NCBI RefSeq assembly: GCF_001949145.1
Contig: NW_019091359.1
Location: 573,839 to 637,838 of the forward strand
Reading direction: 5' to 3'
Source of the DNA: Acanthaster planci
Taxonomy: Eukaryota
Length of the DNA: 64,000 bases
The notes beneath the pieces were generated by a model. That model did not search any database. It saw only the letters and a program-made list of their open reading frames with translations, and was not told where the DNA came from. Made by a program: the position numbers and the translations under genes. Positions 11,300 to 22,900 of the stretch are shown one piece after another; position 1 is the stretch's first letter; each line of letters starts with the position of its first letter.

Positions 11300-14200
11300 T
11301 GGGGTTTAACAAAACTGCCTCATCATTTTAAAAAAGGTTGGATTGCATGTTCAGTAAAGAAACCAAGCACAAGTCCATAATGTCTGGGAATTCTGGCTTC
11401 AATTTCAATCTGAAGATATGAGGAGCCGGAAGTACTTTTAAGTCATAAACTGGTAGGAATCTGCAATGACAGCACTAGCCATCAATTCATCTGAAATGCT
11501 CACAGAATTGTAGTCCTGTCCATCCAACTTGTAAGAAGGATCTGATACATATGAAACCCCTGTAGTGCCATCAACAATAAATTTTCAAAAAGTGAGGTAC
11601 ATTTTGTCAAACTTCATTTTTACTTTGTTTGCTAGTGATATATACTCTCGGGTTTGTTCTTATGAGATTTCTTTAGAAACACTTATTCTCCAGTTCATTA
11701 TGAGATCTGTTCTAAAAATTATTTTCTTTTTGAACTTTCAAAGAGATATATATTTTCAAGTTTGATTTTATATCTCATAAAAATGAACTAAAAAAAGCTC
11801 TTGAAAACATACTTAAAAAAATAGATCTCATAAAATGAATTTGGAAAAGTATCTCATAAAACGATTTGTTTCCAAAAATAGATACATTTCTATATCTACA
11901 TCTCATAGCAACAAACTGGAGAATATACCTTTTGAGCTAACAAATTTCTGAAAAAACAAATTTTGTAAAAACTAAGTTGGAAACATGAAAACAGACTAAA
12001 ACAATAAACTTTACCTTTTTTTAAATGTACCTGATAGCATTACAGGGCTTTCACGGTTATATAAATGTAAAGACAGTCAAGTTTGCTGTCAAGAGTCTTA
12101 TTACAATGTGTCTGCACATCTCAGAATGAGGAATAGAATGCACCAATGTTATGCTGAAGAGTACGATATTAGGCAAAATTCAGAATCACTCCATACCAAA
12201 AACTACCTGAGCGTCAGTGAAAGGTGCAAACATTCCATGTGTGCATTGTGTCTGTACACGGGACATCACACTGAGAGAGAAGTAGTCTTATCAGGCTCTT
12301 GGTGTTTTCTAAACCTCAGCTTCTTCTCAGATTCACATTTAGGCTCTGGTGTCATAAGGTGAATCCCTCTAGTTCCATGCAATTGTATCTTACTGCATTG
12401 AACAGCAACATCAAATTGGCTAACATGAGACAACAGTTTGCAGTAATTTCATTCAGCGCAGTTTATATTGCAGAATGATTTTGTAGCAGTTGACTGTGCA
12501 GCTACAAAGATGAGATATGGAAAATGAGCACTTCTTGAAGAGAATAAGGAGATACCTTAAAACACTGGGACAAAATGTTTGGATGTATAATACAGAACTG
12601 CCCATTTTATACATGAGATCTTCATGCACACTACAGTGTTTCAATGGTGTTCATATCGTCCAATATTGCTGACTAATTCTGACTCTATGTCTTAGTTGTG
12701 CATGAAGCGAGACTCAAAGCAGCAATTAAAAAATTTTGAAAACAAGCGTCATTTTGGTATCTTTCAGAATTCTACCCTCTATCAGTTGTCTGCAATCAGT
12801 TTCTACAGCTTTAGCATGGCTAAACACACGTTTAATGATTTCAAATATTGAAAGAGAAGTTTAGAGACACATGGCACACTGCTAAAGCTCTTCAGTCTTT
12901 CATAATTGTGGAAAATTCAAAGTTTTTCAAATGGATATATCTCATTTTGGAAATAAATCTTTCAAGTAAAACAAAGCTGTTAAATGATGGGGGCAGACTT
13001 TGCTCTTGGAACATTCTTCAGTTACCACATACAATAACACTGAGAACACTTATGCTTGTCTTTATATATAGCACAGAAAAACTACAATGATCAGGTTATG
13101 TTAATCAATAGGCACTATACAGTTACTAGAAACCATGCATTTACCTGTTACTCAAGTACTGGTAGGACTTGTGATTGAAATCACCGTATTTACATGTACC
13201 AACAGGAGCACTCTATGCTTGTGCAACATTACTTCTGGCCAGAAATGGCCTCTTTCAGTTACTTGTAGGTATTTAAAATCAATTCATTCTCCGTCTAAAG
13301 AGGGTTTCTGATAGATGGCAAATTTAACAACTCTACCCCATAGGAGTTCACAAAAATACAAATTGTGTAAATAACTGTGAAAATAAATAGCAGGTAGTCT
13401 TGCAAAGATGGGATGGATGACATTTATGACCGGGCCATAATTGGTTATGAATGCATTCAATAAATTGTAAACTATTGAAAGTTAGAGAACTAACTAGAGT
13501 GTGTACTAAGCCTATCCTTTGATATTTTAAATTATTCATCAGAGTAGCCTGGTACTCATTTTATTCCTTTGCTTTTATTTATACTTTTCAAAATGAATGA
13601 AAAATCATTATCACTTCCACTAGAATATGGCAGAGTCATGAATATACATGTAGTTTGTTGCTTGTAGCCTTCAAGTTTCCCAGCTTAGATTGAGAAATTG
13701 TGATTATTTTAACCAACTGACCATTACCTTATACTCTGTCAATTAAGCCATGGGGTACAGAATATCCTGTACTTTTAAGGTAATTGTAAATCAGTAATGT
13801 GAGAATTCGAAACATGTGTACATGTACAAGAAAAAACAGGCCCTAGTTATATTTTAAATATATATGTTTGTATGGTGCTATATCTATGCCAGGGAATATT
13901 GCAATTTTCTTCCCAAAGTCTAGAGTAAATAAAATGTAAATACACTTGAAGAATCGACTTGTTTGTACGTGCCACTCTAAATGCTGGGAGAGAAAAGGTT
14001 GTATAAACATGCACAGATCACTTTCCAAAAATAAACAGTTTTTCTAAAACCAAACCATAATTCCTGCAATTCACCCACAAGAAGGAAGCCTCATTCCCTC
14101 TCAAAAAGTCACTTATGCATATGCATAATTTTGCTCTTTTAGAGGGTACAAATTCTGTTATTAGCACGATGGAACCAAAATGTACGCCAAGACACACGAT

Positions 14201-16230
14201 TAACCTTGTCAATGAGACACAAGAAAGCAGATAGACTGTATCTATCTTCAAGTATTGAAACAAGCTTCCTTTCAGATTTATCATGCTAGCTTTATCTGGT
14301 TAGCACTAGCAAGTAATGACCACTCACCACTGGCTCCTTACCAATATCACTCTGAGTAACTATGGTTCAAAGTACTGTCAGAAATGTTCCCTGTTTTTCT
14401 GCATGATGATTTGGAATACTTCAAAAGGTCTCCCATTTTAACATAAATTCTACCAGTAAGCAATTAGGTCATCATTCCATGCCCATCACAAGCTAACTGC
14501 TCATTAGCAAAGTTTTGATATTACAAGGTATGCAGAAAATGACACTCTGGATCACCTGAAAAAAGGAATCAGGCCGGGATACAAAGCATGACTTTGTTAC
14601 TTTTCCGAAGCCAGTGGGGAAACCATTGCTCCTAATAGCTCATGGATGAAAATGTTTGGCTGTTTTGAAAGAGCACTGTACAGGTATGTTACAGAATTCC
14701 TTAAATGTTACAGAATTCCTCAAATGTTAAGTGCATGCTACATCAATATAACGTTTAACAATACCAGCATATATAGAATTAGCAGCTGCTAGAACAGAGG
14801 AGCAGTTCAGCTCCAATTAGCAGGAACCAATCTTTCAATTAACTCTTTCTATCAAAGTGCCAATAACATCCAAGTTCTGTTTGCTGTCAAAGTCCAATAT
14901 TGCTGTGCAGGAGGATTCCAAGCTTCTACAAAATATTCTTTGCACAAGTGTTGGCTCTCTGTTTGAGCAAATTTAGTCATTCTGAGCTGCCACCCCAGAG
15001 GCCTGCCACCAAAGAATTTAAGGTGGTGGACAAGAACTGAGCATTCCCACCTAAGCACCGAACCTGGAGTGTTGAGAGCGAGTGGAACCAACAAGAGAGA
15101 CAGGACCATCAAGAGAGATGGGGACCATCAAGGGAACCTGGGACTGTTGAGGGAGGCCAGGACCGAAACAGAGGACTGGGAATGTCAAGACTGGAGTCTT
15201 CGAGGAAGACTGTGGCTTCTTGTGATCTCACCATCAGTGGAAACTGACGAGCTCCCTACCCCCCAGACTGCTGCAAGAACCTTATAGACTCATGCGCTGC
15301 GTACTAAGACCTCCCATTGATGTCAACAGTCGTCCTGGTTTCATGAAACTTGTTCTTTTACATTTTTAAAGTCATTGGCACCTTTAGGATTTTATTTTTG
15401 GTATTTATTGTTGAAATTTCTCTGTAGTAAAGCTTGCAGTGGTACTCCTTTTGATTTTATGCACTTACCCAATTGAACGTGATTTTATGCAATAAAACAT
15501 AATGAATGGCCGGGCACTTGAATCTCGAGTGGAGATCACCTTATTCAAAAAGGAGTTGATTAAAAAATTGTTTCCTGCTATTTGGACCTGAACCAAGGAT
15601 TACAAAAGTAATGATGGTTAGACAGTTTACTTTTGTATATCCTTCAAAACCTTCTAATGGAATCTGATGGATCAAGGAGGGTCACATTCAACATACCCAT
15701 AGCTTTCTGACCTGTAATATTGTATATCACACTCCATGCCATGGAACAGCTTGCCTTTAGGTTGAGAAATAGTTTGGTAATGATAAGTACTGATTTTTCT
15801 TTCTCAAACAAACTAACAAGATTTAGACGTGTTTGCATTCACACTCCAGGCACATCTGTTGGGAAAAATGCACAGAAAGTCCAAAGTGAAGATTTAACAT
15901 AGAAAGAATTGTATAAAAGTGAGAAAGTCTTGGCTGAAGTTATGTACATGATCAGATGTTGAAATGCAAGAACTGTTACATTTGCAATGTCAGTGAGATG
16001 GGTTGAGTTTGTGTTGATTCAGTGACAATGTACATTTTGTATGAGCTTCTCAATAATTATCTACATACAATAGCTGAAAGGTGTTGTTCCAGTATGGATT
16101 TCATTTCCTCAGCACTTTCAGTACTATACACTTTCACTCTTTCAATGGCAACCAGGTCAATCTATCAGTCCTTGTTAATTCTCTTGATTCAGGTCCTGCC
16201 AAAAAGCTTCTTGAATCAGAAAATACATTA
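11300..16230 (-). pseudogene. decayed LRR-receptor-like gene, copy C (longest; interrupted by insertions)
   Basis: MGMLNVTL / IHQIPLEGFEGYTKVNCLTI (~15613-15700) fits LxxLxLxxNxIxxIPxxxFxGLxxLxxLxL; also NLDVIGTLIERV, LLFQYLKSL, KHFVPVF*GISL, SQFD..C and QCDVP (LRRCT-like). Homologous to 1831-2760 and 21400-22800. Boundaries approximate. Confidence 0.45.
11595..12032. mobile_element. AT-rich foldback/MITE-like element
   Basis: Ends aggtacattt / aaatgtacct; internal atgagat copies in the left half mirrored by atctcat copies in the right half. Confidence 0.55.
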
Positions 16231-16330
16231 CCATATCGCTTACACTAATGAATAAATAATTCTGTTCAGGTTTTAACAACAGAAGACATTTAAAACTTGC
16301 CAACCTTAATTAAAAAGCACAGTCCCTGAC

Positions 16331-16702
16331 ATGCCAGACATCCAGGTCACTGCTGTAGGAGTAGAAAAACATATAAACCTAGAAAGTGAACATACAATAG
16401 GTCCTGACAGTATCCTAGCAACGGATTCTGAAGCAAAGGTACAAATTCTACAATTGTTCTAGAAGCTTCTCTCTACTGGAAAATTAAACCAAGACTGGCA
16501 AAATGCAAATGTTTCTCTCGTGTTTAAGAAAAGAGACCAAGCCCTTCCAAACTACTGCCCGGTTTCTCTTACAAATATTGTATAGAAACAACTTGAGCAC
16601 ATCTTTGCCAAAGAAATTATGGCTCACTCCAACACAAACATGCATTCCTTACTTAATGATACACAACATGGTTTTAAAAGTGGGAGATCTAGTGGAACAC
16701 AG
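16331..16702 (+). mobile_element. non-LTR retrotransposon (CR1/L2-like) reverse-transcriptase fragment, decayed
   Basis: MPDIQVTAVGVEK..GPDSI..GKLNQDWQNANVSLVFKKRDQALPNYCPVSLT..KQLEHI..QHGFKSGRSSGTQ matches the DW.xANV.P.FKKG..NYRPISL..QHGFR..RSC.TQ pattern of LINE ORF2. Confidence 0.85.
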
Positions 16703-16779
16703 TTTTCAGGCCTTACATGGCTTGCTGTGCAAGAATCAAAGGTAAAAGGACATCAATCCTACAAGGCTGTGGCACAGTA

Positions 16780-17260
16780 GACTTCACTCTCAGCAAGTCT
16801 GCAAGAGGAAAATTTGAAGGTACTGAATGGAAAAAGTGAAAGAAATTGGACATTAAAAAAAATGGATGAAGAAAAGCACTGTTACATACAGTTTTGGCTT
16901 TTCAGCTGAAAAAGTCATGTATATAAAACTAGAAAGAAAAGGTCACAGCTGCTTTCTTTTATCACTTTGATATCAAGATATTAAAACATAAACGTTTGCA
17001 GTTTCAATTTTAAGGAAATAAGATGAGCGACTTCATGGTTTCAAGTCTTGGTTGATGCAGTGGCTACTTTTATTTTCAGTTCACCTGAGCTTGATACTTT
17101 ATACCAAAGCCGACAGTTGTAATCTAAGTATGGGTTTCATTTCCTCAATACTTTTAGTGCTATAAACTTTCCCTCTTTAAAGGGCAACCAGGTCACTCAA
17201 TTATTTCTGAGAACTTCCCTTGATCCAGGTCCTGCCACAAAGCTTACTAACTCGATGCTA
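16780..17260 (-). pseudogene. extra 5' fragment of the decayed LRR-like gene (copy D)
   Basis: Shares acttcatggtttcaa, ggcaaccagg and caggtcctgcc blocks with 2330-2760, 7420-7830 and 15950-16230. Confidence 0.35.
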
Positions 17261-19273
17261 CATTGGCATACCTCATACATATTTATAATCCCAAGCTGAA
17301 CACTCAGTGTTCTACTGAGCATCAACGTCCCACTCACTGTTTTTTCCTGTTTCCCAGATTTGGACAAGAGAATATGTGCATTTGTGAATTATACACGAGC
17401 AAACCCAGCTGTTCTATGGGACTATTTCAGTGGAATTGTCAACTGGGTGAAGAATATGTGCAAGCGTCACCCTATGGCTATATGCTACATGCACACTCCA
17501 CACCAACAGATGCCTCAATAAGGACGGGAAACTTCACAAATCGTCAATTTAATTTCCAAATTGAAATTGACTTGCATTTCATGAAGTCAATAAGTCACCT
17601 TATTGACTGCCTTGACTCTCTTGGGCTTCAGCTGCGGACCATTCCACATCTTCAACGGCTGTAAGACAAAAAGATCCACATGTTTGTTTTTCATTATCTC
17701 TCAGTGAACAAGACTCTGAAGAAGAAACATTTGTTGCATTTATGTAGAAGTGAAGCGAGCATAGAACAGGGTGCATAGGTTTTTTCGGGGAGGGGGCTTA
17801 ACCTGCTTTGAGATACCTCTGGTGTATGCTCAGGCATAAAATGAAAGTTTACACTGTATGCCGAACAAAATATTGGAAATGGAGATCAATGCTGCACATG
17901 TAGGTGACAAGCTACATGTGATATTGACAGCATACCAAAAATGAACAGGTAGGAAATACTGAATTTTCTTCACAAAACTCAACATACCCTATCATGTAGT
18001 TACCAAACAGAGATAACCGCTGTAGTCATTAAACTGATCTAATAGGCCCTGGCATACCAACTCGTCCAATACCATACAGCATGCTCCACATGATCCTTCA
18101 TGGATGTACGTCAGACAATGTCAGATATTTCAGTTCCACAACCCCAGATCCAACTGTGGTCAAAATATATCACTGGGGGCAGGTTTTGAGGGATTTGCCT
18201 ATCATCAGAAAAAAATCACTCCAAATTAACTAAGGATCAATGTGAATTCTGATCTCCAGTACCTTGTGCCACCACACCATCTGCAGGCTTCAACTGTGAC
18301 ACTGATTAATATTAGGACCAGCACACCATTAACATTCTTTCAACAAAATTGAGCATATCGAGTGTAAACTTATACACTTTTCAAATATGTAATTTTGAGG
18401 AGCGCATGAGTACAATTCCATCCTACTGTACTTTGTATACATTTTTACTTTGTGATGTACATGTACACATGAACAAAGCAAAAGTCTGACAGTTTAGCCA
18501 ATGCTATTGGTCGAGAGCCTGTCAAGTGGCCGGTCTTGTACATGTAAATGGTTAGTCAAGATTTGGCTGGCTGATCTTAAAGGAACCAGGAAATAGAAAT
18601 ATTTTTATAAATGTTACTAAAACCCTTGAAACTGCATTTTTGGGTTTCAATTAACCTCATTTAAAATGTTTTGTTGTGCAACTTTAACCCACATTTTTAG
18701 GCTTGTTGGTTTATGTTAATGCATATTTGCATATTCATGAGCAGAACTATGATGTCACTGCCAATGACCACCAATGAGTCTGCATTTTGAGTCCCAATGG
18801 CTCATCACATTCTGCACCAATGTCCGTCAGGAAGTTGTTTACAACTACTAAAGAGAAGCACTTACCCATAACATATCAAGAGGGGTGTTGGACAAAAGAT
18901 GAATTTAAACCAATAATCTTGAAATTTATAAGTTGTTTTGACTGACTCAAGAGGCATTCACGAGGGGGTAATTGTATGAATGTGCTTGGACAATGCATTT
19001 TCTAAAGCATGACAGAAGATACAATGTAACATCAGAAATATTGTGACATTTAGAAATACAAATGGAAGTATGAAAGAATAGGCTGAGATAGAGTGAAACA
19101 AAAGAATGAACACTCATCTGTACAAAGAAAACCTAACACCAATGTCAACAGTGAAAGTTTACAGAGTAACTTGGTTACAGAAGTTGTCAGAACAATTGAT
19201 CTAACACAATATAATGATATAATCACTTTCACTTTCACTTTTACAGTTATTTAGGTCTTACATTCCTTGTTGG

Positions 19274-19280
19274 TATAAAA
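19274..19280 (+). promoter_or_regulatory. putative TATA box of GPCR 19420
   Basis: TATAAAA ~145 bp upstream of the ATG in the conserved paralogous context. Confidence 0.55.
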
Positions 19281-19419
19281 CAGTAGCTACATGTATATCC
19301 ATGCGTATTAAAACCTGCATGTACAACAAAAAGAGTTTTCAACTGGTGTGATCTCTCATTAGGGTTCACTAGTCTTGGCAGAATTTGCAAAATGTTGGAA
19401 AGGAGATCAATGACAAATT

Positions 19420-20895
19420 ATGGATGAAGGCTACGGAAACAACCATTCAACTGGGAGGACTGATTTTTCAAAGCATGTTGAAAACGATCTGTTCGACCAA
19501 AGAACTTTCCAAGTAACATATTTGAGCACTTATGTCATCGCACCAATCGGCCTCTGCATAAACATAGTATTCCTCTACACTGTCATCCGAGTGAAGTCCA
19601 TGCATACAATCATCAACATCTACTTATCCAATCTGGCAGTGGCTGACTCGCTTTGGCTCCTCAATGCTTTGCTGTACGCAGTGGTCCAAACTGCAGACAC
19701 CAACATCTTTTTGTTCCATGCAATAGTATTTATCCCATTCATATTTCAAGTTGCTTCTAATTTCTTTGTGGTTACCTTAGCAGTTGAGAGATTCTCTGCA
19801 GTGCACCATCCACTGGCTTCCAGAGAAAAAGCTTCTAAATCTCGAGCAGCGAAGATTTCGGCAGGACTGTGGCTGGCAATAATTATCACCGGTGTGACTC
19901 CTATATTCTTACCAACATCTCTGGATGTTTTTATTGACATTATCCTTTGGATGAGTGCCATCATTGCTGCTGTTTGCTTCACTGTAACCGCTGCTTTGTA
20001 CACCTACATAATAGCAAAAATCCACAACCGAGCAGTTCAACTGCCAAATCGTCCTAAGCAAACAAGCAAGGTCCTACGCATGGTTATCATAAATACTGTT
20101 ATTTTCTTCTCGCTGAACTCTTCTGGAATTGCTCTTGCAATAAGTTTCATTGTGATAGTAAAGAATAATTTCATTGAACCGAGCCAGGACAGTGAATGTC
20201 TAAAACTTGTTGCTGCAGCAAATATTTTGACTGTATTTAAAGTACTCTTGCAGCTTATTAACAACTCCATTGATCCCCTAGTCTACAGTGCCACTAACTC
20301 TGACTATCGTACAGCTGTAGTCCAGGCTTTCTCATTCCTCAAACTGTGCAGTACTTGCTACCCAAGACAGAATCCCAGCCAACCATCAGAGCCAAGGGAA
20401 CAGATTGAGCTTCACGTGATTCCACAACCACAAAATGATCAACAGCACCATGCTGTCAGGCCAAGCAGCAGCAGCAAGCCACCAAGCCAAGGCCTTGCAC
20501 AACACACACAGAGTCAGCAACCACTGCACAGCTGCCAACAACAATGTTCCAGGCCAAGTAGCAGCAAGGCATCCATGCACAGTCAGCAGCATGTTCTAGT
20601 GTATGCACATGTACATGCAGAACCAGCAGGGATCCCAGCACTTGCAAGTTCTCATCAGGAACAATGCTCTAGTCAGACTGACTGTAAGCCATCCATGCAG
20701 GGGGAACAGTGTGTCCATCCAGAACTAGAAAAACAGCCAGCAGTCACTAGCAAGTACTCAGGAACAATGTCCTGTGTTGACCATACTCAGCTGTCAGCAC
20801 AAGGGGAACAATGTGTACATCCAGAACCAGAATGGAGTCAGTCACTCGAAAGTTGTCAAGAACAATGTTCTCTAGCAATTGGTAAGAACAAATGA
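19420..20895 (+). CDS. complete intronless class A orphan GPCR, 491 aa, long Q/S/H/C-rich repetitive C-tail
   Basis: Uninterrupted ORF; GLCIN, NLAVAD, ERF, TM4 Trp, NNSIDPLVY, helix 8 (DYRTAVVQAF) followed by Cys residues. Confidence 0.93.
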   Translation: MDEGYGNNHSTGRTDFSKHVENDLFDQRTFQVTYLSTYVIAPIGLCINIVFLYTVIRVKSMHTIINIYLSNLAVADSLWLLNALLYAVVQTADTNIFLFHAIVFIPFIFQVASNFFVVTLAVERFSAVHHPLASREKASKSRAAKISAGLWLAIIITGVTPIFLPTSLDVFIDIILWMSAIIAAVCFTVTAALYTYIIAKIHNRAVQLPNRPKQTSKVLRMVIINTVIFFSLNSSGIALAISFIVIVKNNFIEPSQDSECLKLVAAANILTVFKVLLQLINNSIDPLVYSATNSDYRTAVVQAFSFLKLCSTCYPRQNPSQPSEPREQIELHVIPQPQNDQQHHAVRPSSSSKPPSQGLAQHTQSQQPLHSCQQQCSRPSSSKASMHSQQHVLVYAHVHAEPAGIPALASSHQEQCSSQTDCKPSMQGEQCVHPELEKQPAVTSKYSGTMSCVDHTQLSAQGEQCVHPEPEWSQSLESCQEQCSLAIGKNK

Positions 20896-21399
20896 AACAG
20901 ATAAGGGTAATGAACAGTGTGCAGGCTCAGCATGTAGTTAAAGTTGCTTATAAGTGTGGCTGAATGCTGACAATCACAAACATCACCGCTAGCTCTCAGG
21001 CCTTCGCAGACATTGAAGGACTCAGCTTTGACACATGTATGAGTCAATGAGCCTTGAGCTAGACCAAGAGGGGATGCAATTTTTCTTGACAACGGAGGCT
21101 CCTTTGGTCAGACCTCAATTTCGCTGGTTTATGAACAACTCCCAGTGTGAAATGCATACGTTACAGTCGCATCACAACCAACAAAATGAACACGCTCAAC
21201 CAATGTGGTTCTTTTCGACCACAAGGGGGTACTTCTGCTCAAGGCTGACTACCCTCAGTCTCTACAGGTTGATTGATATTTGGGGCAAAAGAAAAATTGA
21301 GATCGAATATTTATGCTAGGAACACATTTCAACTCAAGCAAATTTCACTAGCAATATTTTGTAGACAAATATGTTGTTTTTGTTGGCGCAAGACAGTAT

Positions 21400-22900
21400 G
21401 AACTGGCCTTTACATTATGATTTTAGAAAACAAGGAGGGGTGTCTTGTAAAGAAACTCACCCAAAAATCCAAAATGTCTGATGGTTCTCAATTGGAATAT
21501 CTAAGGTAGAGTCCACCTGTATCAGGTGGTGGTAGAGATCTGTTACAGCAGTCCTAGCCATAGATTCATCTGACATGCTAATGGATATGTTGTCTTCTAG
21601 GTCCAATCATGAACACAGACTGGCCTGTTATATAAATGTACATATTTAAGTGCATCATTTATTCATCATACACTGTACATAGACATTGTTGTTGCTACAA
21701 CGCCAGTTATCAATTTCCAGCTGGCACAGAGGTGCATGGCTCATCATGGCAACGATGAGAATATGTGGAAAAAGAGATGAGTGTCTTCTGTCTTCAATAG
21801 ATCTTACATTTAACGTGTCACCAATGACCATCGATGCTTGATGTAAGAGAAAATATATACGAGAATTCTTGGAACTATGCATTTGCTAACAAGTGTTACA
21901 AATTTTCCATTGTTCATAACATAACGACATGCTGCAGCGAACAACGTGCAACTGTGATTTCATTTTAAACAGATTTACATTGTAATAATAAACAACAGTT
22001 CTTCATTTTTAAATAAGGGTGACAGTAGGCCTGTATTTAAAAAAATGTTGAACTGTAGATTTGCTGAGGACTAGTGTTCTCTTTTCCCAAGGTTTAGAAT
22101 GCATGGCGCTGACTTACCCATGATTAAAGCCTTGTACAGTGGTAAACACTTTGTTGTTAAATGTCAAGGCCCTAATATGTCTACAATGTTTTAGCAAGAG
22201 AAATAGAATATACCAATGGTTAACTGTAAGTAGCACATCATACATCTGGGAGGATTCAGGATTCAGGGTTCTTCGTCAAAAATGCATGAGGGTCAGGGTA
22301 AATGGTTCATGAAATCTAAACTACAACTTTGGTTTATCAAGACTGCATGTGGTTCATAAACATATTTTGTGTTTTTCCCACGAGGCTTTGTCTCAGTTTT
22401 TCATCTTAAGAATTTAGTTCAATGGAGAGAATCCCAAGCTGAATCCCTTTGGTTCAATCTAACTCAATCTCCTGCTACAGCAAACATATTTTGCCTAATG
22501 CCGGTGAGGAAATGTTTTCACTGGGTGCCCACAGTTTCCATGTCCATCTACACTGGCGCTGAAACTGCAGACAATGATGAGCAGAAACCTTGGAAAACTG
22601 TGACAAATGTTTTGACATTACAAACCTGTAATTACGAAATGGCTGTTTTATGTGAGATGTTCATGAACGATGTACAGTAGTGTTTCTATATTTAGGTGTT
22701 CATCTTTATCAGTCCTGTATAGATTCCGTCATTTTGGGTCGTGCACCCAGAATGTATTTCAAAATTGTCAGCTACATGAATAAGAGGAGGAACGGTAAAT
22801 TGTTGTCAGAGTGTATTCTCAAACCCGACTTCAATTCTTGTAACGAGGCATAAATATGATCATAATTTTCACTTATTCATCACAGCCAACTGGTATTAAT
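21400..22900 (-). pseudogene. decayed LRR-receptor-like gene, copy E (3' part)
   Basis: Blocks similar to 11400-12800 (e.g. ctagccat..attcatctga.atgct; tgagat.ttcatg..c..tacagt); minus-strand fragment MNISHKTAIS*LQVCNVKTFVTVFQGF. Boundaries approximate. Confidence 0.35.

Noticed and set aside
12560..12740. LGR/GRL101-type hinge (FNCCF ... CSVHEDLM) in the decayed gene
   Set aside because: Not reproduced in the paralogous copy at 22600-22800, where another frame gives an LRR-like pattern, and no 7TM region follows.
14950..15540. Possible solo LTR interrupting the LRR remnant
   Set aside because: Purine-rich block with AATAAA, but I could not define TG...CA ends or a TSD.
17263..17664. 133-aa ORF
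   Set aside because: No motif, splice structure or paralog support; probably chance.
17930..18230. Possible minus-strand LINE 3' remnant (DLG.., HVEHAVWYW)
   Set aside because: Too degenerate to support without a search.
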